From Polyangiales bacterium (GTDB taxonomy: Bacteria > Myxococcota_A > Polyangia > Polyangiales > JADJQN01): a stretch of DNA of 64,000 nucleotides. The notes beneath the pieces were generated by a model that was not told the origin of the DNA, did no database searches, and saw nothing but the letters and a program-made list of their open reading frames with translations. Both the position numbers and the translations under genes were made by a program. The DNA lies in NCBI GenBank assembly GCA_964202905.1, contig CAXNJO010000003.1, positions 288,001 to 352,000 on the forward strand. The letters run 5' to 3'. The first letter of the stretch is position 1. Each line of letters begins with the position of its first letter. Below, piece after piece: positions 43,760 to 54,196 of the stretch.

Positions 43760-43792
43760 AACCCCTCCCTCCAGGGAGGGGCAGGGGAGGGC
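43760..43792. repeat. REP-like palindrome
   Basis: CCCCTCCC-TCCA-GGGAGGGG followed by CAGGGGAGGG, right after the stop codon. Confidence 0.55.
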
Positions 43793-45715
43793 TCAAAACA
43801 CCATTGCAATCCGCGTCTGCAGCGTCCAGAGCATGTCGTTCTGGAGCTCGGGGGCGAGCGCGCCGCCGGCGTTCATGAGGCCGAACTCGGTGCTCCAGCG
43901 GAGGATGTCGTTCTCGCCCCAGGTGACCTTGAGGGCGAGGTCGAGCTCCCAGCCGAGGAAGCAGTCCGGGTCGAAGGCCGAGCACTGGGTGGCGTTCGCG
44001 TCGCCGGGGCGGGCGGTCTCGCGCTTGCCGGCCGCGGCCGGGAAGGCCTCGTTGAGCGTGTCCGCCCAGGCGAGCAGGAACGCACCGACGGCCTCGACGC
44101 CGTTGATCAGCTGGTAGCGGAACTGCGGGAACCAGTACATCGAGTTCCACACGCCGCCGCGCGACCAGAGCGCGCGCGAGGGGAGCGTGTCGGCCGTCTG
44201 GACCGCGAGCGCCACCTGATAGAGCAGGAGGCCGACGTGGTAGTCGGGGTGCAGCGGGCGCTGGTCGAAGCGGCGATCGCTGCGGAAGAAGAGGTTGGCG
44301 TCGCCGGTGGAGTAGCCCCACTCGAGCATCGCCTGCCACTTCTTGTCCATCGCGAGGCCGCCCTGCACGACGGCGCCCCACACGTTGGCGTCGACGGGGA
44401 GCGCGGTGCGGCCGGTGCTGACGCCGCCCTCCTCGACGAAGTCCTGGCCGATCGCGAGGCCGCTCGAGGTGCCCTGGATGGTCTCGACCTCGCCGTTGAA
44501 GACGAGCTGCGGGGCGCGGTTGCCGAAGGGCGAGAGGCGCGCCTTCCAGAAGAGGTCGGGGATGAAGATGTTCGAGTCGGTTTGGTTCTGATAGCGGTAG
44601 ACGCCGATCGCGCCGATCTGGAGCTCGTCCGTCGTGCGGAGCGGGTTGATCTTCGGGTCGTTCCACGCGAGCACGACGATCGACTGGCCGACGTCGTCCT
44701 GGCCGTTGAGCACGTTCTGGAAGGGGAGCGTGCTGCGCGCGAGGGTCCCGGGCGCGGGGGATGCCGTCGTGCCGCCCGTCGGGTCGACGGGCACGTAGGG
44801 CGCGCCGGTCTCGAAGCCGATCGGGTCCTCGACGAGCCAGTCGTGGCCGATCGCGAGGATGAGCGGCGTCGGCCGCGAATCACCCTTCGTGAGGGCGTTG
44901 AAGATCGTGAGGGGACGGGTCGCGAAGAGGACGCGATCGAACGTCGTGCCGTACTGCGCGTCGCCCCAGTCGTTCTTGAAGCCGTTGCCGTCGTTGAAGA
45001 GGATGCCCATGCCGCCCTGCGAGCCCTGGCGGCCGATGCGGAGCTGGCCGATCGGGAGGAGGAACTCGAGCCACGCGCGGCGCAGGCGGAAGGGCTGGAC
45101 GTCGAAGCCGTCGATGTCCGTCATGCTCGGCGTCTCGCCGAAGAGCGGCGTCGACTGGATGCGGGCGTTGTCGCCGAACATCACGTTGTCGAGCGCGTCG
45201 ATCTGGAAGCGCGCGGCCGCGATCGGGTTGAGCGGATCGGTGCCGTAGGTGATCGCCGGGTCGAGGCGCAGGCGCATGAAGGCGTACGCGGCCATCTCAC
45301 CCGGCGCAGGCGTGGTCTCGCCATCGGCGACGGGGACGTCGTGCGTCCACACGAGGCGCGCACGGTAGTAGCCGTGCAGCTCGAAGCGCAGCGGGATGCC
45401 CGCGCTCGCGGGCGCTGCGGCCGTCGCCATGGCCGCCGCGGGCGCAGGCATCGGCGCCGTGGTGGACACCGGCGCGACGGTGGTCACCGGTGTGGCCTCG
45501 ACCGGCTCGGCCTCGGCCGGCTCGGCCTCGGCCGGCGCGGCCTCGACCACCTGGTCTGCCCATGTTGCGCTCGGCGCGACCGCCTCGACGGACGTCGCTG
45601 CGGCTCCCGTCGCTGCCACCCCGGCGTCCTGCGCTTCTGCGCTCGACGCGAGGCCCGCGATCCCGAGGACACACGCCCACATTCCCCAACTACCTGCTCG
45701 CACGAAGCGCCTCAT
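43793..45715 (-). CDS. Outer-membrane beta-barrel protein (alginate-export/porin-like)
   Basis: Signal peptide, FELHGYYRAR, LRRAWLEF...LRIGRQ...GILFNDG, C-terminal Phe; GGAGG RBS. Confidence 0.8.
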   Translation of the reverse strand: MRRFVRAGSWGMWACVLGIAGLASSAEAQDAGVAATGAAATSVEAVAPSATWADQVVEAAPAEAEPAEAEPVEATPVTTVAPVSTTAPMPAPAAAMATAAAPASAGIPLRFELHGYYRARLVWTHDVPVADGETTPAPGEMAAYAFMRLRLDPAITYGTDPLNPIAAARFQIDALDNVMFGDNARIQSTPLFGETPSMTDIDGFDVQPFRLRRAWLEFLLPIGQLRIGRQGSQGGMGILFNDGNGFKNDWGDAQYGTTFDRVLFATRPLTIFNALTKGDSRPTPLILAIGHDWLVEDPIGFETGAPYVPVDPTGGTTASPAPGTLARSTLPFQNVLNGQDDVGQSIVVLAWNDPKINPLRTTDELQIGAIGVYRYQNQTDSNIFIPDLFWKARLSPFGNRAPQLVFNGEVETIQGTSSGLAIGQDFVEEGGVSTGRTALPVDANVWGAVVQGGLAMDKKWQAMLEWGYSTGDANLFFRSDRRFDQRPLHPDYHVGLLLYQVALAVQTADTLPSRALWSRGGVWNSMYWFPQFRYQLINGVEAVGAFLLAWADTLNEAFPAAAGKRETARPGDANATQCSAFDPDCFLGWELDLALKVTWGENDILRWSTEFGLMNAGGALAPELQNDMLWTLQTRIAMVF

Positions 45716-45824
45716 TGAACCCTCCACCTGTCCACCACGGATGCGATCGATTCCCCCGGATGCGCAAAGAGGAGGCACGTCGTCCGTGCCTCCTCTTCAC
45801 ACCGTCAGCCCGCGAACGGGCGCG

Positions 45825-46877
45825 TCACTCGGTGCAACCCGTGATGTCCGCGCGCGTGGGCCGGATGTTCACGATGGTCACGCCGTTCGGGAAGACGCGG
45901 ATGCGCTCGCAGCCCCAGAGCTGCGGGTCCGGCGCGCTCGCGGTGCCGGCGTTGTACCAGGCCTCGACGCGCACGGGCGCATCGACCGGGAGGTTCGCGG
46001 CGGCGAAGAGGCCGTCGACGTTCGAGTAGGGCTGGTCGCCCGCGGGGAAGCCGTCGCCGTCGAAGTAGCGGAAGCCGGGGCCCGTGCGCGTGCCCGAGTC
46101 GGGGATGAACGTGTCACCCGTCGCGGTGGCGTTGTCGCCGTCTTCCTTGAACATGCGGACGACGAGGCCGCGAACGGGCTCGTCCGCGCAGTCGTAGACG
46201 GTGCCGGCGACGATCGCCGTGCCCGACTGGCGCGTGAGGCCGAGGACGGTGGGGATGATGTTGAGCGTCGACTGCGCGACGCTGTTGCCCGTGACCGAGG
46301 CGCCGGCGGCCTCGTTGTACTGGGCGGTGTCGACCGGCGTCGAGGCCGGCGTCGGGCCGGTGCGGCCCTTGATGAAGTAGGCGTACCAGGAGCCCCCGGC
46401 GTCCATCACCGCCGGCACGACGCCCGTGGCGTCGGACGTGCCCATCTGGCAGGGGAAGGCCGCGTCCGAGCAGGAGAAGGTGCCGCCCATCGGAGGGGGG
46501 AGCTGGTTGTCGCGGTAGAACTGCACGACGACGTTGTCGACGGCGGCGTCGGACTCGAAGTCCTTGACCGTCATGGTGACGGCGACTTCCGGGGTCGTCT
46601 CGACGGGACGGACGTTGGTCGCCGCACCGGCGCACGCGCTGTTCGCTGCGGTGCCCGAGCCGGGGGCGGAGGCCACGGCCGCGTTGATGTCCGGGGCCGC
46701 GAGCTCGGTGCGCGCGCCGGTGTCGGGGTCGAGGTAGAAGATGGTGGCGCGGACGCCGGTGCCCATCATGCCGCCGTCGGGGGACGGGGGCGGCGGGGCG
46801 TCGTCGTCGTCACCGCAGCCGACCAGCGCCGCCCCGGAGAGCGCGCCCACGATCATCAGTTTCATCCAGGTCTTCAT
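45825..46877 (-). CDS. Lipoprotein with Ig/carboxypeptidase-regulatory-like domains
   Basis: Lipobox LVGC-GDDDD; strong GC3 bias; GAGG RBS. Confidence 0.8.
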   Translation of the reverse strand: MKTWMKLMIVGALSGAALVGCGDDDDAPPPPSPDGGMMGTGVRATIFYLDPDTGARTELAAPDINAAVASAPGSGTAANSACAGAATNVRPVETTPEVAVTMTVKDFESDAAVDNVVVQFYRDNQLPPPMGGTFSCSDAAFPCQMGTSDATGVVPAVMDAGGSWYAYFIKGRTGPTPASTPVDTAQYNEAAGASVTGNSVAQSTLNIIPTVLGLTRQSGTAIVAGTVYDCADEPVRGLVVRMFKEDGDNATATGDTFIPDSGTRTGPGFRYFDGDGFPAGDQPYSNVDGLFAAANLPVDAPVRVEAWYNAGTASAPDPQLWGCERIRVFPNGVTIVNIRPTRADITGCTE

Positions 46878-46905
46878 GTCCGTCCTCTTCTCCGCGCTGC
46901 GGCCA

Positions 46906-48681
46906 TCAGGGGGCGAGCAGCGACTTGATGTTCTCTTCGATGGCGGGCCAGCCGCTTGGACCGATCGAGTTGGTCTCTTCGTAGTGGTCGCCCTCGGCCT
47001 CGGCGAAATAGGGCGATGCGGGATCGAGCTTGTAGTCGAATGCGGGAATCAGATAGCCGAGGAAGTCGTTGGCGAGACCGAGCGCGAACACGTACTCGAC
47101 CCCCGGGCGGCTCCCGCGGGCGAGCTCCCGCAGGTAGGGCGCCTCCGGCGCGGCCGTCAGAGCGGGCGGATTAGAATTGGTCGGATCGATGATGTCAACA
47201 CCGTCGGGCGTGAACGCGCCGTCGTAGCCGCCCACGAAGAGACAGGGGTCGAGCTCGCCGGGGAAGGTCAGCAGCCGCGCGCGCCCGATGTCGAGCACGG
47301 CGACCTCGGTGAGCACCTGCGGGCGGTTGCTGCGCGAGACGACGCGGTCGGGGTTCCAGTTGAAGAGCTGGCGATCGAAGATGCCCTGGTTGAAGGCGAT
47401 GACGAACGCGGCGTTCTCGACGGTCAGGTAGAAATAGCGGTTGGCGAAGGCGATGTCGGCCGTCTCGTCGATGACGCTGGCGCCGCCGGGCGCGAGGGCG
47501 TCGAGCACGCCCCACGCGATCTGCGCGCCGACGGTCTGTCCAATCTCGATCGTCTCGTCGTCGATCGGGGTGCGCGCCGTGGGATCCGCGGGGACGCCCG
47601 CATCCGCGTCGGCGGGCGTGCCCCAGCGCCGCGCGTCGAGGCCGTTCGGGCCGATCTGCGAGCCGAGCGGGCCCTGGAAGAAGGTCGTGATCCCGCCGAC
47701 GCCGGGGAGGTCGCGGGAGTCGTCCGCGAAGTCGACGCCGTTGGAGACGCCTTCGCGGAGCGCGTGCGCGAAGTCGCTCGAGAGGAGCGTGTTCGCGTCG
47801 CCCGCGTACTCGGGGTGAGAGGCCCAGTTCACGAGGGTCGCGATGGTGTCCGTCGTCGAGCCGGCGCGGAGAAAGCGCAGGACGCGGACCTCGTCGTCGA
47901 TGATGATCGGGTCGCGGAGATCGCCGTGGTAGGCGCGCATGCCGCCTTCGAGGTCGCGGGTGCGGAAGTTCGCGTATTGCACGTTCGCGGGGGCGAGGGC
48001 GGCGACCGCCGCGCGGATCGCGGCCGCGGAGCGCTCACGGAGCGTCGCCATGAACGCGGGGTCGAGGCCGGTCGTGCCCGTCTCGATGCCCCAGAGGCCC
48101 GCGGTGTCGCGCGATTCGTGGGAGTGCGTCGCGCTGAAGACGACGTAGTCGACGCCCGCGTCCGCGACGAGCGCGCGGGTGAGGTCCATCTCGCCCTTGA
48201 AGTAACCGATGCAGTCGATCGACACGAGCGCGAGGGTCGTGTCGTTCTGGCGGAGGACGATGGCGCTCGTGTACTGCGGGTCGTGCACGCCCGTCGCGCC
48301 GCGGCCGTTGCCGAAGCCGGCCATCCACACGCCGTCGAAGCGGCCGTTGCCGTTCGTGTCGCGGAACTCGTCGCCGACGTTGTATTCGCCGTTGCCGTTG
48401 CGGTCGTTGGTGAGGATCTCGGTGGTCGCGTCGATCGTCGGCGTGATGTCCTCGCGCGCCGTGCCGACGTAGAGGACGTCGTCGCCGACGCCGGTGCAGC
48501 CCGGATCGCCGGGGCAGCGCTGCGCGGGCGGGAGCGGCGTGATCGTCACGCCCCCATCGGCGCCCGCGTCGGCGCCCGCGTCGGGCACGGGCGGTGGGGG
48601 CGCGTCGTCGTCGCCACACGCGGGGACGACGAGGAGGCAGGCGAGCGCGGCCACGAGGCGGGCGGACATCGTTCGGTTCAT
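46906..48681 (-). CDS. Neutral/alkaline ceramidase-like lipoprotein hydrolase
   Basis: MAGFG, GVHDP, ALVSID, SATHSH, NWASHPE, FPGE, GLANDFLGY, HYEET. Confidence 0.78.
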   Translation of the reverse strand: MNRTMSARLVAALACLLVVPACGDDDAPPPPVPDAGADAGADGGVTITPLPPAQRCPGDPGCTGVGDDVLYVGTAREDITPTIDATTEILTNDRNGNGEYNVGDEFRDTNGNGRFDGVWMAGFGNGRGATGVHDPQYTSAIVLRQNDTTLALVSIDCIGYFKGEMDLTRALVADAGVDYVVFSATHSHESRDTAGLWGIETGTTGLDPAFMATLRERSAAAIRAAVAALAPANVQYANFRTRDLEGGMRAYHGDLRDPIIIDDEVRVLRFLRAGSTTDTIATLVNWASHPEYAGDANTLLSSDFAHALREGVSNGVDFADDSRDLPGVGGITTFFQGPLGSQIGPNGLDARRWGTPADADAGVPADPTARTPIDDETIEIGQTVGAQIAWGVLDALAPGGASVIDETADIAFANRYFYLTVENAAFVIAFNQGIFDRQLFNWNPDRVVSRSNRPQVLTEVAVLDIGRARLLTFPGELDPCLFVGGYDGAFTPDGVDIIDPTNSNPPALTAAPEAPYLRELARGSRPGVEYVFALGLANDFLGYLIPAFDYKLDPASPYFAEAEGDHYEETNSIGPSGWPAIEENIKSLLAP

Positions 48682-48789
48682 CGGGGCTCTCCGGGCGTCG
48701 ACGCGGGAGGCGCCGTCGCGGGGGCCGAGGGTAGCAGCGCGCACGGACGCGCCGACACGGACCTTGCTCACAAGGTCGGCGGTGAGCGT

Positions 48790-50677
48790 CTACCAGCGGA
48801 GGCCGACCCGCGCGCGGACGAGCCCGACGTCGGCCATCGGCGCACCGCGGGCGTCGTCGAAGGCGCGCCCCGGGAACAGCACGCCGCCCTCGACGCCGCC
48901 CGTGAGCGTCACGCGGTCGCGCAGCTCGGTCGCGACGAGCAGCGCCGCGTCGAGCTCGAGCCCGAGGTCGCGCGGCTCCGCGTCGCCGCCGCGCACGTTG
49001 CGGCGCCCGAGCCCGCGCCGCTCGGCGATGGGGTCGACGTTCGCCGCGCTCGTCCGCGCGACGACGGCGCCGAGGCGCAGCTCGAGCCACGCCTTCGGCC
49101 GCCACAGGAGCGTCGGGGCGAGGTACATCGCGCCCGCGACGCCGCCGCTCGTCGGCAGCTGCGCGAGGGCGCGCGCGTCGTCCCCCGCGAAGGGCAGCGC
49201 CGCAGCGACGGAGCGCGCGCTCAGCCAGTTGAGCACCTCGGGGAAGAGCACCAGCCCGACGCGGTGATCGCCGTCGAGCGCGCCGCGGCGCTGCACGCCA
49301 TCGGTCGCGCGCGCGTCGCCGCCCGCGTAACCGGCCTCTACGAAGGCGTCGAGGTGATCGGCGCTGCGGCCGACCTGCGCGGCCCAGACGAGCTGCGCGA
49401 CGCGCTCGGACGCGCGGTCGGGGGCGAGCGAGAGCTCCGTCGTGCCGAGCGTGTACGCGCCCTCGAACGCGGCGAACACGCGGCCGCCGCCCGGCTCGCG
49501 CACGTCCCAGCGCGCGTAGAGGTCGAGCGTCGCGAGGTCGAGCCGGGCGCCGCTGCGATCGCGGCCGCTGCGCACCGCGACGAAACGCGCCGAGCGCGCG
49601 CTCGCGGCCGAAGACCGTCGCGTGTGTGCCGCCCGCTGCGGCCGTGACGGGCGGGCCCTCGCCCTGCTGCCAGAGCACGCTGAGCACGCCCTGCGCGAGC
49701 GTGTCGCCGCGGCGAAGGTCGAACGGCCCCTCGTCGTAGACGAGGTCCGCGGCGACGCCGACCGCGAGCGGGTGCCGCGGGCCGAAGGGGCGCGCGACGA
49801 ACGAGGCGCGCTCGACGAGATCACCGGACTGCGCGTCGCCGAAATACGGGCGTCGATCGCCGTCGTTCGCGACGACGCCGAGCCCCCAGTGGAAGCCCTG
49901 CTGACCCACGCGCAGCACGCCCGCGCGCGTCGTCCACTCCAGGTAGAGCTGCCGCAGCGCGAAGCCCGCGGACTGCCGCTCGCAGCGCGCCTCGCGGGCG
50001 CAGCCGTCGTCGCCGTCGAAGCCGATGCGCCGATCGCGCCGCCACGCGCTCGGCGCGATGCCCTGCGCGGTGTCGCCGAAGAGCACGCCGCGGAGGAGAT
50101 CGGCGTGCAGGACGAGGCGCAGATGGGGTCGCAGACCGAGCTCTCCGCGGAGGCGGAACCAGTGCGTCGTGAAGGCGCGCTGGCCGAGCGAGGTCGTCTC
50201 CGGCTGGCCCGGGAGCGGCGGCAGCGGCACGACGGAGAGGGCGTCGAAGCGGAGCTCCCACTCGCCGTGCACGAGGCCGTAGACGACGAGCGCGGGACCG
50301 GCCGCGGACGGGCGGGCGGGCACGGCGGGACGCGCGGGCGCGTCGTCGTCCTCGGCGAGCGCGGCCTCTTCGGCGGTCTCCTCCGCGGAGGCCGTGCCCA
50401 CGACGCCGGACGCCTCCTCGTCGGAGGTTTCGTCGCCGCGCACCGCGTCCGCGGACATCGCGTCGTCGGAGGTGTCGTCGTCGGGTGCCACGGCGACCGG
50501 GAGCCCGGCAGGCTCCTGCGCGGCGGCCGGGCGCGGCGGGAGGGCGAGCGCGACGCAGGCACAGGCGCAGGCGAACACCGCGCAGGCGAGCGCGACGCAG
50601 GCGGGCCGCCGAGCGGGGCGCGCGGGGGGCGGGGTGGGCGCAGGCGCGGGCGACCGGTCGCGCGGGGAAGAGGGCAT
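48790..50677 (-). CDS. Second outer-membrane beta-barrel, related to 43793..45715; frameshift near 49585
   Basis: LRQLYLEW...LRVGQQGFHWGLGVVANDG; DHRVGLVLF; DLGLELD; C-terminal Trp. Confidence 0.75.
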
Positions 50678-50787
50678 CGTGGGTCGGGGCTCCGGTCGGG
50701 GGCGCAGCGTAGCCCGGGCGTCGCAGCACCGGGGTGCGCGGGGCGCGTGGGCTCTGCGGGGTGGACGGGGCCTGCTATACGGACGAC

Positions 50788-52723
50788 GTGCGGACCCCGG
50801 GCCGGCCCTTTCACCGCGTTTTCTTTGCGCTTTCGGGCGCGCTCCTCGCGGCGCTGCCTTCGTGCGGCGAGTGCGGCGGCTCGCACGCGGTGCCGTTCCG
50901 CGCCGACGCGGGCCGCGCCGCGCTCCCGAGCCCGCCCTCCCCGCCCCCGGCGGCCGCGCCGTTCGCGCCGTTCGACGGCCTCGCGCTCCCGCCCGGCACG
51001 CGCGCCTTCCCGCTCGACGGACTGCCGCTCGCGGTGGCCGGGCGCCTGCTCGCGGCGGCCGCTGCGCTCGACCTCGACGCGGACGGCGACCGCGACGCGC
51101 TCGTGGTCGCCACCGACGACGCTGGCCGGGCGACGCTCGAGGTGGTGCCGCGCGAGACACGCACCTTCGGGGCCGCGCGGTCGCTCGGCCCGCTCGTCCT
51201 CGGCGACGGCTGCGCGCTCGAGTCGGCTGCGCTCCGCGTGCTGGCGCCATCGTACGCGCTCGTGACCGTCACGCCGCGCTGCGCGCCCGCCGTCGCGCTC
51301 GCGGCGCCGCCGCAGCTCCCCAGCGCGCCGACTCCACCCGCGGCAGCGCCCGCCACGGACGCTGCGCCGCGCCTGTTTCTCGTCGGGCTCGGGCCGACGC
51401 CGCGGCTGCGCGAGCGCTTCCGCGTGCTGCCCGAGGCCGGCCGCGAGCCCGGCGTGGTCGCGCTCACGGTGCGCATCGAGGACCGCGACGCGGACGGCAG
51501 CGACGACGTCGTGCTCGAGGTCGCGGTGACGCCGCCCGGCGCGGCGGCCCCGGCGCGGCTGACGCTCCCGTGGCTCGAGCGCCCGAGCGGCCTCGCGCGG
51601 GACACGCAGGAGCCGGAGACGCAGCTCGCGGAGCGGGCGGCGCGGGCGAAGCGGGCGCTGCGACGCGACGCCGACGGCGCGCTCGCGCTCGCGCGGGAGG
51701 TGCTGGCGCTGCACGGCGTGCTGTGCCGCGAGGCGGGGCTGGCGCGCGTCGTGTTCGGGTCGAGCGAGGGGGTGCCTTGCCGCGCGTCGCAGGCCGCCGG
51801 CACCGCGGCCGCGCTCGCGGCGCAGGCGCTCGCGCGGAAGGGCGAGGTGCTCGCCGCGCTCGAGGCCTGGGCGTCGCTCGAGCGGCCCGGCGCGACGGTC
51901 GCGCGGGCCGAGCGCGCGGCGGCGAAGCGCGCGCTCGAGGCGATGCCCGCGGAGCCCGGCGTCACGTGGCGCGTCGGCCCCGCGCACGTCGCGCGGGGGG
52001 CCGGCCGCGCGGCTGTCGAGCCTCGCGTTCACGCCGGGCGGCGAGGCGCTCGTGCTGCGCGGCGGCGCGACGGCGCGCACCTGGAGCCTCGTCGACGGCG
52101 CGACGGGCGCGGCGCCCCCCGAGTGGGGTGACGTCCTCGTCCGCGAGCCGGGCGGGACGCTCGCGATCGTCGACGTGCACCGGACCTGCCGCGGACACGT
52201 GCTCGGCGTCGTCCCCGCGTCGAGCGTCGTCGAGGGCGTCGTGGTGGGCGGCTACGCGGCCGAGCCGCTCATCGCCCCCGCGGCGCCGCCGCAGGGCGCG
52301 CGCTGCGAGGCGGGGAAGGACGCCCTGCCCGAGGCGTCACGGCGGGACGAAGGCGGGTGGCGCCTGCTCGGCTGGGCGCCGCAAGGCGCAGTGGTCGCGC
52401 GCGGTGCGGCGTTGCGCGTGGTGTCGCTCGGCGCGGGCGGGACCGCGACCGGAGACGCCACCCTCTTGCAGGATGGTGTCCCCTCCCCCGCGCCGCTGGC
52501 GTCCGGCGCGATGAACCCGGACGGCACCGCGCACGCGTGGGCCACGCCGTTCGGCGTCGTCGTGCACGAGCGCGCGCCGCGCGGCCGCGTCGTGCTGTTG
52601 CGGCCCGAAGGCTGGGCGACGAGCGGGGCACGCGCCGGCGACGTGGCGGTCTCCTCCGACGCGCGGCACCTCGCCGTCGCGATCGACGGGACCGTGCACC
52701 TCCTCGAGCGAGCGGCCCCATGA
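50788..52723 (+). CDS. Hypothetical secreted lipoprotein; frameshift at the G-run 51995-52000
   Basis: Signal with SCGEC; DxDGDxD motifs; reading continues in the frame of ORF 52052..52723. Confidence 0.6.
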
Positions 52724-52783
52724 GCGCAGCCCCGTGAGCCCAGCGGGCGGAGGCGTGCGCGGCCTGCTACGGTCCCGCCGCTG

Positions 52784-54106
52784 ATGAGGATCCCGCGCGC
52801 CCCGGGCGGCGCACCTGCACTCGCGCTCGCTGCGCTGAACTGGCTCGCCGCGTGCGGCGGCGCACCGCCCCATGCGACGGCGCCGTGCATGTCCGACACC
52901 GAGTGCCGCCTCGACCGCATCTGCCACGAGGGGCGCTGCCGCTTCGTGGACGAAGTCCGCGCGAGCCTCGCGCGCGAGGCCGCCACCATCCCCGCCGCGG
53001 ACACGCCGCCCGACATCGACGGCGGCGCCGCGAACGCCGCCCGGGACACGACCGACGCGGGCGCGGCCGAGGCGCCCCGACCCGAGCAGGCGCAGCACAT
53101 GGGCGGCCCGCTCCGCAACGGACGCACGCACCTCGAAGGGCCCGCGGCAGCGCCGACCGAGCGCTGGGCCTACCGAACGAGCGGCCGCATCTCCGCCTCA
53201 CCGGTGGTCGGGCCGGACGGCACCGTGTACGTCGGCTCGCTCGACCGCTCCTTCTCCGCGATCGCGCCCGACGGCACCCTGCGCTGGCGCTACGTCGCCG
53301 CGGATCGCTTCCACGGCAGCGCCGCGATCACCCCCGACGGCACGGTCGTCGTCGGCTGCGACGACGGCGTCGTCCTCGCGCTCGGCCCCGGCGGCCAGCC
53401 CGTTTGGCGCAGGCCGCTCGGCGCGCGCGTCGAGGCGGGGCTCGCGCTCGACGCGGACGGCACGATCTACGCCGCGGCCGCCGACGGCCTGCACGCGCTC
53501 GACCCGCGCGGGAACGTGCGCTGGCACCTGCCGCTCCCGGGCCCGATCACCGGCGCGCCCGCCGTGCACCCCGCCGGGCTCGTGCTCGTCGGCACGCCCG
53601 ACGGCCGCCTCGTCGCGGTGCGTCGCGACGGCGCGATCGCGTGGGAACACCCGACCGGCGGCGCGGTCGAGGGCGGCGCATCCGTCACCGACGATGGCGT
53701 CATCGTCGTCGGCAACGCACGCGGCGCCGTCGTCGCCGTGAACGCGGACGGCACCGAGCGCTGGCGCTTCGCGACGGGCGCGACGGTGCTCGCGACGCCT
53801 GCCATCCGCCGTGATGGTGTGGTCGTCGTGGGCAGCTACGACCAGCGGCTCTACGCGATCGACGCCGCAGGGCGGGAGCTCTGGCACGTCGAGACGCACG
53901 GGCGTGTCCGCTCCTCGGCGCGCATCGACGCGGCCGGCCGCATCTACGTCGGCTCGCAGGACGACGGCGTCTACGCCGTCTCCCCCACGGGCCAGCTGCT
54001 CTGGCGCCACACGATCGGCCAGGACGTCGACTCCACGGCCGCACTCGGCCCGGGCGGCGTCCTCTACGTCGGCGCGGACGACTACGCGCTCCACGCTCTT
54101 CGATGA
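52784..54106 (+). CDS. PQQ-binding-like beta-propeller repeat lipoprotein
   Basis: Repeated DGTVYVGS...G.LRW units; lipobox LAAC; small Cys-rich module. Confidence 0.88.
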   Translation: MRIPRAPGGAPALALAALNWLAACGGAPPHATAPCMSDTECRLDRICHEGRCRFVDEVRASLAREAATIPAADTPPDIDGGAANAARDTTDAGAAEAPRPEQAQHMGGPLRNGRTHLEGPAAAPTERWAYRTSGRISASPVVGPDGTVYVGSLDRSFSAIAPDGTLRWRYVAADRFHGSAAITPDGTVVVGCDDGVVLALGPGGQPVWRRPLGARVEAGLALDADGTIYAAAADGLHALDPRGNVRWHLPLPGPITGAPAVHPAGLVLVGTPDGRLVAVRRDGAIAWEHPTGGAVEGGASVTDDGVIVVGNARGAVVAVNADGTERWRFATGATVLATPAIRRDGVVVVGSYDQRLYAIDAAGRELWHVETHGRVRSSARIDAAGRIYVGSQDDGVYAVSPTGQLLWRHTIGQDVDSTAALGPGGVLYVGADDYALHALR

Positions 54107-54196
54107 CCCCCACCCGGCGCGCCGCCCCGCCGCGCGCCCCCCGCCGGCACGACCCACGGCACACGCCGCATGGGCCCGGCAAACCGAAGGATTCCC

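Noticed and set aside
49575..52005. Phase variation at the frameshifts near 49585 and 51995-52000
   Set aside because: Short homopolymers (A3, G6) typical of long-read consensus error; cannot be supported without reads.
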